Source: Patescibacteria group bacterium (GTDB taxonomy: Bacteria > Patescibacteriota > Patescibacteriia > UBA9934). Taken from it: 64,000 bases of DNA. Made by a program: the position numbers and the translations under genes. The stretch's first letter is position 1; each line of letters begins with the position of its first letter. Location of the stretch: the NCBI GenBank assembly GCA_049296775.1, contig JBAQTB010000001.1, positions 160,992-224,991 of the forward strand. Reading direction: 5' to 3'. A model generated the notes under the pieces. It did not search any database, was not told the DNA's origin, and saw only the letters and a list, made by a program, of their open reading frames with translations. Positions 1 through 9,664 of the stretch are shown here, in pieces.

Positions 1-369
1 GTCCTTGGCTATGTCCCAGAAAAACATAAACCCGCCCTGTACCGAGGGGCCTGGATGTTTGTGTTCCCGTCTTTCTACGAGGGCTTTGGTCTGCCGGTCC
101 TTGAGGCGATGGCCTGCGGCACACCCGTGATCACTAGCGCTACCAGTGCCTTGCCAGAAATCGTGGGTCCTGCCGCCATTCTCATTGATCCATTCAACGT
201 CAACGATCTAGCCAGTGCGCTTTTGCAAGGACTAGATAGTGAGCATGGCCAAAAACTCCGTGACCATTTACGCGCCGAAGGACTTAAACAGGCACCTAAA
301 TTTAGCTGGGAGCAGACGGCTTTATTGACGTTAGCGGCCCTCAACGAGATCGACCAAAACGAAAAATAG
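1..369 (+). CDS. glycosyltransferase family 1/4, C-terminal part (5' end outside window)
   Basis: C-terminal GT1 motif [25 protein letters not shown]; ORF open at the window start. Confidence 0.7.
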   Translation, partial: VLGYVPEKHKPALYRGAWMFVFPSFYEGFGLPVLEAMACGTPVITSATSALPEIVGPAAILIDPFNVNDLASALLQGLDSEHGQKLRDHLRAEGLKQAPKFSWEQTALLTLAALNEIDQNEK

Positions 370-381
370 CCGTGTACACGA

Positions 382-2253
382 CTATTCAACCACCGTGCCT
401 TTGCCAGTTGCGAAAGTATCAGTAGGCATCTCGGTGGTGAGTGCATCCGACGCAGTCTCAACCACCCCGCCTGTCTGCGTATCTGTGGCTGTGAAAACGC
501 TACCAGAGAGTAACTTAACAAATTTATCTACGTCTTCTTCACTAGGCAGAATTTTCACCATGAACTCAGCTGAAGCGGTCTGATTGGCAGGTAAATTAGC
601 GATATTCCATTTAACAATTCGGGTGACCGGATCAAAACTCAGGTCACCGCTAGAAGCCAAAATACGGTCATGCCAAGTTATGTCTGCAGGCAAGGTCGCT
701 GACACAGAAATATCTTCCAGCTCATGAACAGCCTCAGCGATCTTCCAATAAATTTTGTAACTGGTTTCGCTGCCTACTTTAGGTGGCAATGGCCCCTCTC
801 CTAGCGGCGCGCCATTGTCCGCATAAAACCTGGCTTCAGCGGACAGATCAGCGCTAGCCTTCAGAGAGACAGGAAAGACGGGTGTCTGAACGGTCGACTC
901 ACCTACTGTCACATAAGTCGTCACCGTCCAAGCGTCTAAATCAGTGGCACCGAGGACGTCTTTAATCGGGAAGGATAGATTAAAGGTCTTTTTCTCACCG
1001 GCCTTGATGGCTCCAACTACCCCAGCATCTAACACAATTCCAGCTGACGTTAACTTACCTCCCGCTAAGGCTGCCGACTTCCAGACCAATGGCACACCTG
1101 AATCAGGCTTGAAATCAATCAACAGACTGGCGCCGGTGATCTCAGCCGCACCCGTGTTTTCTAGCCGCACCGTCAACCGAGTGGTGCCACCAAGTTCAAC
1201 GGTGGCACGGTCACTACTGCCATTAATCGCCATGGTGGTGCGCAGGTCGCTACCGGCCACATCTGTGAACGCCTGGGCACTGGACTGAGTAAACTCACGA
1301 TCAGGCGTAACAATACTGACAGCTCCGGAAAATTGCTGAATGTCACTCACTTCTGCCGTAAACGCCCCTTGCCACGTAATCTCGACACTCGCTTCAGGTA
1401 ATAATTCGCCCAGCGACCAATCTAATCCAGCACCAGCTGCTAAAGCTGGAGTGCTGTGATCGAAAATAAAACCTTCTGGAGTAACCAAGGCCAAATGACT
1501 GCCGCTGATTGGCTCTAGTCCGGTATTGGTAATCTTGGCTGTATAAGTCAAAGGCTGACCAGGCGCAGCTGTCTCCGGCCCAGCGAGCTCAAGGGTGAGA
1601 GTACTGCTCAAAGTCGTCACCTCGGCGGTTGAAATATCACTAAAAATCGAATTGAAATTACCTGGCCTGTAGGCGGCTAAGACCTGAATTTTAGTCGCCG
1701 CTGGAACGTCGCTCAACCAAATACCGTCTAAAATTAATTGCCCATCAGAATGAGGACTTAAGCTCCCCAAGGTCCAAATAAACTCATCGGAGTTAGTGGG
1801 CTGCGGCATGGCGCTAGACAAGACAAATGCTGAGGGCAAATTGATATCTAACTCTAAAGAAGCCAACGGCGTCCGACTGGGGTTAGAATAATTAACCGCA
1901 ATCTGAACGTGATCACCGCTCTTCACCTCCGGCGGCACGATAATTTCCAGAGTCAGCGGCTTGGCCTTGGTTTGCTCAGCAAAGAAAGTCGTGTAAATAA
2001 AGAAACCGCCAAAGGCCAAAATCGAAAGTAACGCCAACGCCAAAACTAATCTAGTCAAAAAGCGTGTAAAGCCAGAGCCATCACGTTTCATAACGTGCAA
2101 ATCGCTGCGATCATCACCATAAATAGCCTGAAGACCATCATCGATGGTCTTGGCTTCCTCCGCCGTCAATTTAACCCCAAACTCATGATGAGCCTTGACT
2201 GGCTTATGGTGCGGATGCTCCGGTGCATGAGAATGGTGTTTTGGCATAAACAC
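382..2253 (-). CDS. membrane-anchored surface protein with repeated DUF11/CARDB-like beta-sandwich domains and a His-rich N-terminal tail
   Basis: 623 aa; N-terminus MFMPKHHSHAPEHPHHKPVKAHH; one TM helix (LVLALALLSILAFGGFFIY); repetitive T/S/G-rich extracellular region. Confidence 0.5.
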   Translation of the reverse strand: MFMPKHHSHAPEHPHHKPVKAHHEFGVKLTAEEAKTIDDGLQAIYGDDRSDLHVMKRDGSGFTRFLTRLVLALALLSILAFGGFFIYTTFFAEQTKAKPLTLEIIVPPEVKSGDHVQIAVNYSNPSRTPLASLELDINLPSAFVLSSAMPQPTNSDEFIWTLGSLSPHSDGQLILDGIWLSDVPAATKIQVLAAYRPGNFNSIFSDISTAEVTTLSSTLTLELAGPETAAPGQPLTYTAKITNTGLEPISGSHLALVTPEGFIFDHSTPALAAGAGLDWSLGELLPEASVEITWQGAFTAEVSDIQQFSGAVSIVTPDREFTQSSAQAFTDVAGSDLRTTMAINGSSDRATVELGGTTRLTVRLENTGAAEITGASLLIDFKPDSGVPLVWKSAALAGGKLTSAGIVLDAGVVGAIKAGEKKTFNLSFPIKDVLGATDLDAWTVTTYVTVGESTVQTPVFPVSLKASADLSAEARFYADNGAPLGEGPLPPKVGSETSYKIYWKIAEAVHELEDISVSATLPADITWHDRILASSGDLSFDPVTRIVKWNIANLPANQTASAEFMVKILPSEEDVDKFVKLLSGSVFTATDTQTGGVVETASDALTTEMPTDTFATGKGTVVE

Positions 2254-2257
2254 TAGT

Positions 2258-4837
2258 TTAGTCGCGCTCTAACAACCAAGCTGAGAAACTATCGGTAGCG
2301 TTGTCGGCAGTCATTATCAAACCTTCCTGCCCGTCCATAGCACCCCACAAGGACTGAATGCCCGGTGGTAAAATCAGATTAACGCGAGTGTCCCGGTCTT
2401 GAACTCCTGACTGTTTCTGCACCAACATGGAATATTGACCGAGCTGTGAAAAACCTAGCTTAGTCTTAATCTGCTCCATGAAACTTGGATCATCCGTACT
2501 AGCAAAGACCTGTAATGGCGTCGTGTAAGTAAATGTCACCACCTCCGTCTCGCCGGAAGCTGTTTGCATCCAGTTGCCAAACACGGTTTTGCCGTCCTCA
2601 GTCCAAATATCTGTACCGCTAGCTGCGTCCTTATGCAAATCTTGCATGTTTAACTCCAAGTCCGTATCCACCCCAAGTGGAAAGTCCGGTGTCTCAAAGA
2701 GCTCGTCCGCGGGCACCTCAAAACCATCAGCAGTCACTAAAGTACTGCCCTTAGGTACGTATAAACGTAAATAATCGACATTGTTATTGCCCGTAAACAA
2801 GGTGCTCTTCAGACCACGGTGAGTTTTGGAAACCGTGACGGTATTCGTGGTGCTGCCATCTGACTCAACCTTAACATCAACGGTAATATCCTGATCAATC
2901 ACACCGTCAGTTTTGCCGCCACCTAAGTTAGTGTTAACTACCATCAGATAATCGCCACTGGTTCGCTTTAAACTGCCGGACCAACCAAAATTTTCAGCGG
3001 CTAACTGTAAATCGTCATCACGGAAATTGAGCTGAATGTCTTTCTCTTCCAAGCCCTTGGCGACCAAGTCAACCACGGCAAGCAAGGTTTTAAAGTCAGC
3101 ATCTTTAATGCGCTCCAACAGAATTGGAGCTAAGTCACCAATAATTTCCTTAGGCGCGTTCTCAACCCTGTCATACTCAAGTTCAACGATTTTTTGAGTT
3201 TCAAAAATGAAGTTCTCGGCATCAAAAGTCCGGCCGTATTCTGGCATGTCCACTGGTCCTAAGACACGTAATAATTCAGACACGAACGTGGCATTAACTG
3301 CCACTACCCCATCTGTAGTTGGTCCGCCAGCTTCAGTGTAAAACCAACGCAACTTCTTAGCCGAGGTCGGAAAGTCTGGGAACCAATTGGCATCCTGGAA
3401 TTCCCAACGAGCCTTCAAGAGCTGCATAGGCCCAGGTGCGGCCACAAAAGCTTTTAACTGACCTTGCACGTCATACGAACCACCCCCTGGCGTAAACATT
3501 CTTACAACCTCGCCGCGCTCCAAGTCCATTTCTGCAAAACTACCAATAAACCCTCCAGTGGAACGTAATTCTGTGTTGTTCTGAAAGGCTGCCAAGTACC
3601 GCATTTTATCTTCACCACCCAACATCACACTCAGAGTATCCACAAACCGGACATACTCCCGCATGGAAGAGACCACTTGAGGCGTTCTGGTTTGTAGTTC
3701 AATCACGGCGTCAACATATTCTGTCGGCACCACTCTGGCATCGACCTGACGGAGCGCAACGGCAGCGGCCTCAGCGTGAGGTAAAGCATTTTGTGTATAC
3801 GTACCCAGTAGCTCTAACTTGCTAGTCAGATCCAACGATTTTTTATTAGATAACTCATCTGCAGCTGCACTCATCACGCTCGCAGTCTCCGACAATTCCC
3901 TACCAGCCGTCACGAGGGCACGCACTGAGTCAACGGTGCGATCAGTTTGTGGAATAACGCTGGCAAGTGCCGTCACGCCGATATTCAAATCGTTCAATGA
4001 TGACTCGGCAGTGGCGAAATTCTTAGCAGCGGTAGCAAAGTCTTCCCCTGCCGAACCGAATTCTTCACTAGATAATGAAGTAGCGCCACGTAAAAAAGTA
4101 TTTAAAGCCGCCTTGCTCTCAGCCTCAATCTGACCACCGTCATCGCGTACCCCAGCCACTACTTGCATAGCGTGCAGTGGCAAAACTGCCGCCAAAGCCA
4201 AACCTACAAATGACGCCAAGGCCCGCTGCCACCCCCGGCCACGCCCCACAAACACACCAATACTTGGTGCCTGGCGCTGTACAACCACCGTCGGCGTAAC
4301 GAGTTCCTGCAAGTCATCGATCTCGAGAATCTGAACAGGCAGCTCAGCTTTGAACTCTAATGCTGGAGGAGCGGCGACCAAACTCTCTACCACGTCGACA
4401 GGCTGAACTTCTGACCAAATATCCACTGGCAAGGCGTTATCCATGACGTCCCGAGCCAATCTCACTGCCGACTTTACCGGCGCGTAAATAGCGTCGCGCT
4501 CGTCCTCCCGCAACTGATCTTTCAGATCCTCAATGGACAAGGTTAGGCCATCTGCCCCAGACTCAGCAATCATGAGCGGTGCTTCATCTAACAATTCATC
4601 GTGATCAATGATAAAGCTCTTAGCCAAGGCGGCGATCGGGTCTTCCGTGAGTGCAACGGCCTTGGCGGCTGGCTGATCCTGACGAGTAATTTTAACAATA
4701 TATGGCGAGAGTTCAACTTTATTCGTGCGCAACTGGACGCGGGCTGACAAAGAGTTATCTGGACCCAAACCAAGTAAACGCTCGGGGAGAGCGTCATCAA
4801 ATTGCGCGACAGGTTTTGGGTTCAAGCCTTTCTTCAC
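2258..4837 (-). CDS. DUF4012 domain-containing envelope protein
   Basis: 859 aa; TM segment; DUF4012-type signature NNTELRSTGGFIGSFA; lies between a glycosyltransferase and a surface protein. Confidence 0.6.
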   Translation of the reverse strand: MKKGLNPKPVAQFDDALPERLLGLGPDNSLSARVQLRTNKVELSPYIVKITRQDQPAAKAVALTEDPIAALAKSFIIDHDELLDEAPLMIAESGADGLTLSIEDLKDQLREDERDAIYAPVKSAVRLARDVMDNALPVDIWSEVQPVDVVESLVAAPPALEFKAELPVQILEIDDLQELVTPTVVVQRQAPSIGVFVGRGRGWQRALASFVGLALAAVLPLHAMQVVAGVRDDGGQIEAESKAALNTFLRGATSLSSEEFGSAGEDFATAAKNFATAESSLNDLNIGVTALASVIPQTDRTVDSVRALVTAGRELSETASVMSAAADELSNKKSLDLTSKLELLGTYTQNALPHAEAAAVALRQVDARVVPTEYVDAVIELQTRTPQVVSSMREYVRFVDTLSVMLGGEDKMRYLAAFQNNTELRSTGGFIGSFAEMDLERGEVVRMFTPGGGSYDVQGQLKAFVAAPGPMQLLKARWEFQDANWFPDFPTSAKKLRWFYTEAGGPTTDGVVAVNATFVSELLRVLGPVDMPEYGRTFDAENFIFETQKIVELEYDRVENAPKEIIGDLAPILLERIKDADFKTLLAVVDLVAKGLEEKDIQLNFRDDDLQLAAENFGWSGSLKRTSGDYLMVVNTNLGGGKTDGVIDQDITVDVKVESDGSTTNTVTVSKTHRGLKSTLFTGNNNVDYLRLYVPKGSTLVTADGFEVPADELFETPDFPLGVDTDLELNMQDLHKDAASGTDIWTEDGKTVFGNWMQTASGETEVVTFTYTTPLQVFASTDDPSFMEQIKTKLGFSQLGQYSMLVQKQSGVQDRDTRVNLILPPGIQSLWGAMDGQEGLIMTADNATDSFSAWLLERD

Positions 4838-5970
4838 AGTCTTTGAGGTCCGTGGCGTAAGTAAGTTTCTAAAGTGGCTTTGGCGGCGGCTTCCCAGTTA
4901 AAACGCTTCACCCGTTCATGACCTTTAGCAATATATGTTTGCATATCAGCTGGCCGCTCCAAGGCCTGCAGCATAAATTTGGTCATGGCCTCCGCGTCAT
5001 CTGGAGCTACGCACATAGCTGCATCTCCCAAAATCTCCGGTAAACATGAGGCGTTAGACGCTAGCACCGGCGTACCAACGTGCATGGCCTCAATTGGTGG
5101 GATCCCAAAACCTTCAATTTTAGACGGAAAGGCCAAGAGATTAGCGTGTCTGTAAAGTGCTCCGAGCTGCTCATCACTAGGTAAGTTGACCCATCTGAGC
5201 GCCTGCTCTGGCAAACCGAGACGTTTAGCTAAACGCATTAAGCGCTCCGTAAACACATCATGTCTACCCGCCAATACCAGTGAAGCTGAAGGATATTGAG
5301 CGACCACGTCCACAAAAGCCTCTAACAAAGTCTCGAGATTTTTGTGAGGGTAACGGTTACCCACCGCTAGCACATACGGCTCCAGCACACCCAGCTCACG
5401 CAAGGACACGCCCCGGCCGTCACTAGGTGGTCTAACCCCATTATGGATCACAGTAATTTTCTGCGGCTTGACTCTGAAGTGCTTGAGAATGGCTTGCTTG
5501 GTATGTTCACTGACAGAAATAATCTGCCGACTGCGGTGAATAGCATTCTCTAGGACGACTCGGAAGGCGGCGTACTTAATCCCGTGGACCAAAGCGTTGC
5601 GGGTGGTGGCGTGAGCCGAAGTTGGATCCTCCAACAAGATGAGGTCATGAATGGTCACTAGAAACGGCGTGCGGGATAAAATCGGCACGTTCCAGTGAGG
5701 AAAATGCATGAAATTCACTTTAGCCCGAGCAATTTCCTGAGGCAGTACTCGCTGTTCCGCGAAGCTGTACCACGGTATGTCTACCAAACGTTTGGTGAAG
5801 TTTGGTCGCGTCATCCGACACTCATGAAAGTTCTCCTTGCGTAAGAACAACACGTACTCATTGCTACGATCAATCTGCTCCAGATGAGTCACCAACTCAG
5901 CGACGTATCGGCCCAAGCCGCCTCCGCCGAGTTTGGGTCCATAAAACCTGGCATCGATTCCAATTCTCAT
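4834..5970 (-). CDS. glycosyltransferase family 4 (GT1 fold)
   Basis: RIGIDARFYG N-terminus; C-terminal EGFGIPPIEAMHVGTPVLASNASCLPEILGD; 4-nt overlap with the upstream gene. Confidence 0.8.
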   Translation of the reverse strand: MRIGIDARFYGPKLGGGGLGRYVAELVTHLEQIDRSNEYVLFLRKENFHECRMTRPNFTKRLVDIPWYSFAEQRVLPQEIARAKVNFMHFPHWNVPILSRTPFLVTIHDLILLEDPTSAHATTRNALVHGIKYAAFRVVLENAIHRSRQIISVSEHTKQAILKHFRVKPQKITVIHNGVRPPSDGRGVSLRELGVLEPYVLAVGNRYPHKNLETLLEAFVDVVAQYPSASLVLAGRHDVFTERLMRLAKRLGLPEQALRWVNLPSDEQLGALYRHANLLAFPSKIEGFGIPPIEAMHVGTPVLASNASCLPEILGDAAMCVAPDDAEAMTKFMLQALERPADMQTYIAKGHERVKRFNWEAAAKATLETYLRHGPQRL

Positions 5971-6076
5971 ACGGGTATTTTATCACGAGTGTGGACAAAT
6001 TGTGTTCAAACTAATCACAGGCTGATAATCCGGACGCAAAATTTAAACGACCTCCCGAGTGGAAGGTCGTGAATGA

Positions 6077-7018
6077 TTAAGGTCGAAGTTTTTTTGCGAG
6101 GCGGTACAAGCTGTACAACGCCGGATTTTTAGCGATGTCTAGAGTACCTGGCATGCGGACCGTCTCACCACCGAAACCTGTTTTAAATCGAGAGATTCCG
6201 GCCCACGGATGAGACTCGCCGGCCTCAGGTGGTGCAATGCCCCAAAAATCGTAAGCTTTGAGACCCTTGGCTTTAGCATCTCGCCACAAGAAGTCGTGCA
6301 GGGCGTAAGGCGCCATGACGTTTCTGTACAAATTACTGGAAGCGCCGTGCAAATACGTCCGCATCCCAAAGGCATCAATCATGATATTCGCCGCCAACGG
6401 TCGATCCTCATAAAAAGCCATGGCCATAAACGCGTGACAGTCTTGCCCCTTCAAAATCTGCAACATGGTGCGGTAACGCTCAATTTCATGCAGACTAAAT
6501 TTATCGCGTTCAGCGGTTTGCTGCATTAAGCGGACTAAATCGTCAAAACGTTCCAAACCAACAATACTCGCCGTCACCCCCTTCTTCTCAGCTAAACGAA
6601 TGTTATAACGCGTCTTAGCTTTCATGCCCGCCGCCAGCTCTGTTTCCGACTTGGTGAGGTCGAGAATACTCGTCACAGACGGTTGCCGATCTTTGACCTG
6701 CGTGCCTAAAGTCCAGGCTTTGGCAGGTTCAAGCTTCAGAAAAGCGCCACCGGGTAAATGCGCCTGTAAATACTCTAAAGTTACTTTGTTAGACGCAGTA
6801 CCAAGCGGTCCCTTAGGCACGTGCCAGTAATTAATCTTGAACGGCAAGGGCAATTTTACGGCCTGAGCCACAACGACTTTGCCCTTAATGAGTTCCTGTA
6901 ATCGCATGACCTCAAAACCCAAAGCCGCTTGAAACTCACCCCATTCCCAAGACTGCAAAAAGGCGCCAAAGGGCGGAGCGTGTTCAGCAACGAGCTTGTT
7001 CCAGTCAACTTGATTCAC
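6077..7018 (-). CDS. FemAB-family peptidoglycan interpeptide-bridge peptidyltransferase
   Basis: FemAB-like motifs FLQSWEWGEF and SSNLYRN...YALHDFLWRDAKAKG. Confidence 0.65.
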   Translation of the reverse strand: MNQVDWNKLVAEHAPPFGAFLQSWEWGEFQAALGFEVMRLQELIKGKVVVAQAVKLPLPFKINYWHVPKGPLGTASNKVTLEYLQAHLPGGAFLKLEPAKAWTLGTQVKDRQPSVTSILDLTKSETELAAGMKAKTRYNIRLAEKKGVTASIVGLERFDDLVRLMQQTAERDKFSLHEIERYRTMLQILKGQDCHAFMAMAFYEDRPLAANIMIDAFGMRTYLHGASSNLYRNVMAPYALHDFLWRDAKAKGLKAYDFWGIAPPEAGESHPWAGISRFKTGFGGETVRMPGTLDIAKNPALYSLYRLAKKLRP

Positions 7019-7030
7019 AAAAAAAGATAG

Positions 7031-7576
7031 CTAGTGGCGACTAATCAGCTTTAGTGCTGATTTTACTCTGTCTGCCGGCGACTCGCCAGTGACATGTGGC
7101 AAAATAGCCACAATGTCCTCCTTAGAGTACCCCAAATTTTCCAAAGCATCAGTCACGTCATCACGAACTAAACTAGATGTATCTCTATCCACCAAAACAC
7201 CCTTTAAATCTAAAATGATTTTTTGTGCCGTTTTCTTGCCGACTCCAGAAATGCTCGTAAAAAAATCTAAATCTCCAGCTTGAATATGCCGACGCAGTGC
7301 TTCTGAAGTAGCCGCAGCTAGAATCTTTTGCCCAATCTTAGGCCCAACACCCTGAACGTCAGTCAAAAGGACGAATAATTCTTTTTCATCCCGACTACTA
7401 AAGCCGTAAAGATCATGTTTATCCTCACGAATGACTTCTGACAAATAAAACTTAACCCGCTCCCCCACCTCAGCGGTAACTCTGGTAGTAAAAATCCGAT
7501 AGCCTAAACCGGAGACGTTAACTATCACTGCATCCTGCTCATACTCAGCTAAAATTCCATCTATAAAAGCCAACAT
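7031..7576 (-). CDS. ruvA: Holliday junction branch migration protein RuvA
   Basis: 181 aa; RuvA N-terminal OB fold (GYRIFTT) and helix-hairpin-helix region (GVGPKIGQKILAA..ISGVGKKTAQKI). Confidence 0.85.
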   Translation of the reverse strand: MLAFIDGILAEYEQDAVIVNVSGLGYRIFTTRVTAEVGERVKFYLSEVIREDKHDLYGFSSRDEKELFVLLTDVQGVGPKIGQKILAAATSEALRRHIQAGDLDFFTSISGVGKKTAQKIILDLKGVLVDRDTSSLVRDDVTDALENLGYSKEDIVAILPHVTGESPADRVKSALKLISRH

Positions 7577-7588
7577 ACCTTTACACGC

Positions 7589-8788
7589 TTAATCCAAAGT
7601 CAACCTTGCTTGCCTAAGCTTAGCATACGCCAACCTAGCCCGCTCCTTCAAAAATGCGGTGTGCTCACCAAAATCGGCCTGGGCGTCTGGATTACGAATC
7701 ATGGCATACACCTGCGCCATCACCTGGCCACGCACTGGGCCGTAAGGCGTTTGCAGTAACGTAAAAATCGCCTGAGCTTCAAGACCCACCTCCGTCAGAA
7801 TCTCCTGTACAGCGTGCTTATGCCCACGGCGGGCGGCCGCTTCACGCGCAGCATGACGTTCTGGCATGGCCTCTCTTTCAGAGCGGAATAAGTTAAAAAT
7901 CACTTCAGTCTCCGCCACCGGCGTGCCGTCTGACGTGCTTAAACTCCCCAGAACTGCGTCCAAGAAAACAACTGCCGGTAATAAATCTAAAAATACCGGG
8001 ACATTTAAACCCGCCTTAGCCGCCACGCCAGCCAGCGCCTGGTACCTAACCGCATCTGGCCCCTGCGCAAAGGCGCGGATAGCCTCCATGTGCGCCCTAA
8101 TCAGCTCAGCTAATAAACGTGTATGCGTGTCACTAACTTGCAAAAAGTCTAAAACCGCCTGTCTGGTGGAAGCGTAAGTGTCAGATGCGCCCGCCCTGGC
8201 ATGATCGCCGTAATGCACGGTAATTTTGTAAGTAGCGAAAAAACTTTCTGCTGCATCTTTGGCCTGATGTGCGCGACGCAATTTGTCATAACGCGTTTTG
8301 TCAGCATCTGTAGCCAGTTTCTCGGCAGGGTTAGCAAAACCTTCCGCCTCGCCCAAGCTACCCGGCTCCGCCTGAAACATGACCGTATCGATCTTACCTA
8401 AATCATGGCAAGCGGCATAAGCGGCCAAAAAAGCGCCGTCCGAGGCCAAAGTGGTCTCTAGAGCCTGAAATTCTAAAGCAAAAACTTTATCCCGAGCAAA
8501 ATCCTCAATCTGGGCTAATGATTGACCAGCACTAAACGCTTCAACGCAAGCCAACATGCGTAAGACATGGCCCGACACCAAATCCGACTCAGCATGATGC
8601 GGTGGCGACTGGGGTGTAAGACGCAAACCGCCAAGGGGCGAGGCCACTTTGACTAAGTGATCCCATAACCGCTCAGCTCTAGCCAAAGCCGCGGGGTTAC
8701 AAGCAGTGTCCTGAAGCCAATCAAACAAATACACCGTCTCCACAGCAGGAGACGGGAGCTTTTTAGTCTGTAAATCGGAATTAAACAT
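7589..8788 (-). CDS. hypothetical protein (possible HD-like motif HDLGK)
   Basis: 399-aa ORF, coding-like composition; no confident family. Confidence 0.4.
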   Translation of the reverse strand: MFNSDLQTKKLPSPAVETVYLFDWLQDTACNPAALARAERLWDHLVKVASPLGGLRLTPQSPPHHAESDLVSGHVLRMLACVEAFSAGQSLAQIEDFARDKVFALEFQALETTLASDGAFLAAYAACHDLGKIDTVMFQAEPGSLGEAEGFANPAEKLATDADKTRYDKLRRAHQAKDAAESFFATYKITVHYGDHARAGASDTYASTRQAVLDFLQVSDTHTRLLAELIRAHMEAIRAFAQGPDAVRYQALAGVAAKAGLNVPVFLDLLPAVVFLDAVLGSLSTSDGTPVAETEVIFNLFRSEREAMPERHAAREAAARRGHKHAVQEILTEVGLEAQAIFTLLQTPYGPVRGQVMAQVYAMIRNPDAQADFGEHTAFLKERARLAYAKLRQARLTLD

Positions 8789-8812
8789 GCAGACCTTCTG
8801 CCCTTAGCTATT

Positions 8813-9664
8813 TTAAGTGGAGGCTAACTGTAACATCGCCTCCAAACTGGGAGCGGGTGAACCAGGTTCTGGCGCAAAGCCCCAACACAGATCTTGCCCA
8901 AAGGTGAAACCACCAAACTTGGCGTAAAAACGTGGCGCTAACCACGAATCCTGCAATGAGACCCGCCCCGAACCTTCCAAGATCAAAACCTGCGGTGGAG
9001 ACTCATATAAATCTGCCAGCACAAAACTGAGAGCCTCCCGAATGTGCAAGTCTGCTCGTTTAGATTGTACAACTAAAAGCTCACCCACCTGCTGACGCTC
9101 GTCCCAAGCGCGTTTCGCCTCAGCCACTGCCCCCTCACTTGGAGCCCCAAGTTCATGCATTAACTCCACATAATGATCACGAATGCGTTTCTGATCGACT
9201 TTAGACAGCCCTTCCTTGCTTAACTCCCACACAAACCCGCGATCAATCATGCCAACACCTCTAACTAAAACCGGATCAAAACCAAGCTCCGTTAATTTGG
9301 TATCAGACAGGGCAAAGACCTCCAAAAACTGTTCCAGTGAACTCAAGTGCTGCATGCGATCCAGATCAGGGTAACGGTGGTGATCAATAATGACTACTTC
9401 ATAACCAATTGAACGCAATTCATCTTCAACGCTCACACCAGGAATTTCAACGATCACCACGCGAGTCGCTTGCGGATCAGCCTGCTTCAGTCTAGCGATG
9501 ACATTTGGTTCATGATGCAAACGTGCCCCGTGCGGTTGCTCTGAGACCACCACCGGAATACCGGCCGCGGCCGCCACCTTCAAAATCTGCAGAGATTCTT
9601 CATCATTCTTAGGACACAACAAGATCGCAGCAGACATACACGGGTAGATTAAAATCCGATCCAA
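8813..9664 (-). CDS. hypothetical protein (possible DHH-like motif VIIDHH)
   Basis: 283-aa ORF overlapping the ileS stop; weak DHH-type motif only. Confidence 0.35.
   Translation of the reverse strand: MDRILIYPCMSAAILLCPKNDEESLQILKVAAAAGIPVVVSEQPHGARLHHEPNVIARLKQADPQATRVVIVEIPGVSVEDELRSIGYEVVIIDHHRYPDLDRMQHLSSLEQFLEVFALSDTKLTELGFDPVLVRGVGMIDRGFVWELSKEGLSKVDQKRIRDHYVELMHELGAPSEGAVAEAKRAWDERQQVGELLVVQSKRADLHIREALSFVLADLYESPPQVLILEGSGRVSLQDSWLAPRFYAKFGGFTFGQDLCWGFAPEPGSPAPSLEAMLQLAST

Noticed and set aside
75-521. Antisense ORF 75..521 - and ORFs 395..583 +, 944..1288 +, 2574..2774 +, 3819..4133 +, 4588..4800 -
   Set aside because: They are nested in or antisense to larger, family-assignable genes.
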